This document shows, in pieces, positions 63,330-64,000 of a stretch of 64,000 bases of DNA. Under the pieces are notes generated by a model. It did no database searches, was not told the DNA's origin, and saw nothing but the letters and a program-made list of their open reading frames with translations. Position 1 is the stretch's first letter, and each line of letters starts with the position of its first letter. The translations under genes and the position numbers were made by a program. The DNA is taken from the NCBI RefSeq assembly GCF_018977255.1, contig NW_024704743.1, positions 14,448,001 to 14,512,000 of the forward strand, in the 5' to 3' direction. Origin of the DNA: Callorhinchus milii (Eukaryota).

Positions 63330-63570
63330 GTGTCAGCCTGGCTCAGTTGGTAGCACTTTCGCCTCTGTGGGAGAAGGTTGTGGATTCAAGCCACATGTTG
63401 GGTCTTGGAATCCTTCTTATCTAAACTGCAGTGCAGTCCAATGCAGTTCTGGGGAGGAGGCTGCATTGTTGGAGGTGCTATACTTGGGATGAGTTGTTAA
63501 ACTGAGGTCCTGGCTATCTGTTCAGGTTGACAGAAAAGATCCCATGACACTATTCGAAAAGAGAAGGGAG
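63330..63570 (+). mobile_element. SacSINE1-like SINE 5' part
   Basis: GTGTCAGCCTGGCTCAGTTGGTAGCAC..GGAGGTGC..GATGAGTTGTTAAAC..AAAGATCCCATGACACTATTCGAA. Confidence 0.85.
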
Positions 63571-64000
63571 TTGATTGATCCTCCAGCATCTGAGAAACCT
63601 CCTTATGTCATGGGGACAAGAACTCCACACAGTTCTTCAGGTGTAGCCTGACCGCAACATTGTACGGCTTGAGTATGATGTCTGAACTCAACTGATTTGG
63701 CAATATATCCCAGCATCCTGTTTACTGGTTTATTGCTGCCACTAATAACATATGAATATAAATATTAACATTGACTACATGCTGACTACATGCTGCGTGG
63801 GAGTCGATCACACTTGGGGAGAAAATCAGGCAGAGTGACAACTTTAGGCGCAGATCCTCTTACAATGCTGCTTTCCTAAATCACCTCATTTCTGCTCTAC
63901 CCCTAAATCACCCGCAACAATCCTAATTTGCTTGGATGATTAGCTGCGCCCACATGTCTGTCTTCCAAAATACATTTTCTGTCCATCAGGATCCTCCACA

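Overview
Repeat-dense, non-coding vertebrate DNA. The repeat repertoire (Deu-domain tRNA SINEs, SacSINE1-like SINEs, HER1/CR1-type and L2 LINEs, shark-type Penelope-like terminal repeats) points to a cartilaginous fish, probably a holocephalan such as Callorhinchus milii; this is inferred from recognising the repeats, not from a search. I recognise no host protein-coding gene, functional tRNA, rRNA or CRISPR array. Every long ORF is either a LINE ORF2 fragment or repeat-derived noise. The window holds about 12 tRNA-Ala-headed SINEs, about 15 L2 fragments, several CR1 fragments (one nearly intact RT region at 61-62.8 kb), a Tx1/L1-clade fragment with a 10-bp TSD and a probable ~1.25-kb retroviral LTR. 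Best leads: (1) a minimal hammerhead-ribozyme core in a Penelope-like repeat at 26786-26822; (2) the long LTR at ~37.85-39.1 kb, with three CCAATCA boxes 26 bp apart, a TATA box, an R-region splice donor and a poly(A) signal, just upstream of an exon-like segment; (3) a 127-bp locally templated insertion inside an L2; (4) strong CTCF and RFX motifs in unique sequence. I did not find convincing evidence of a wholly new biological system. Boundaries of old repeats are approximate (tens of bp).
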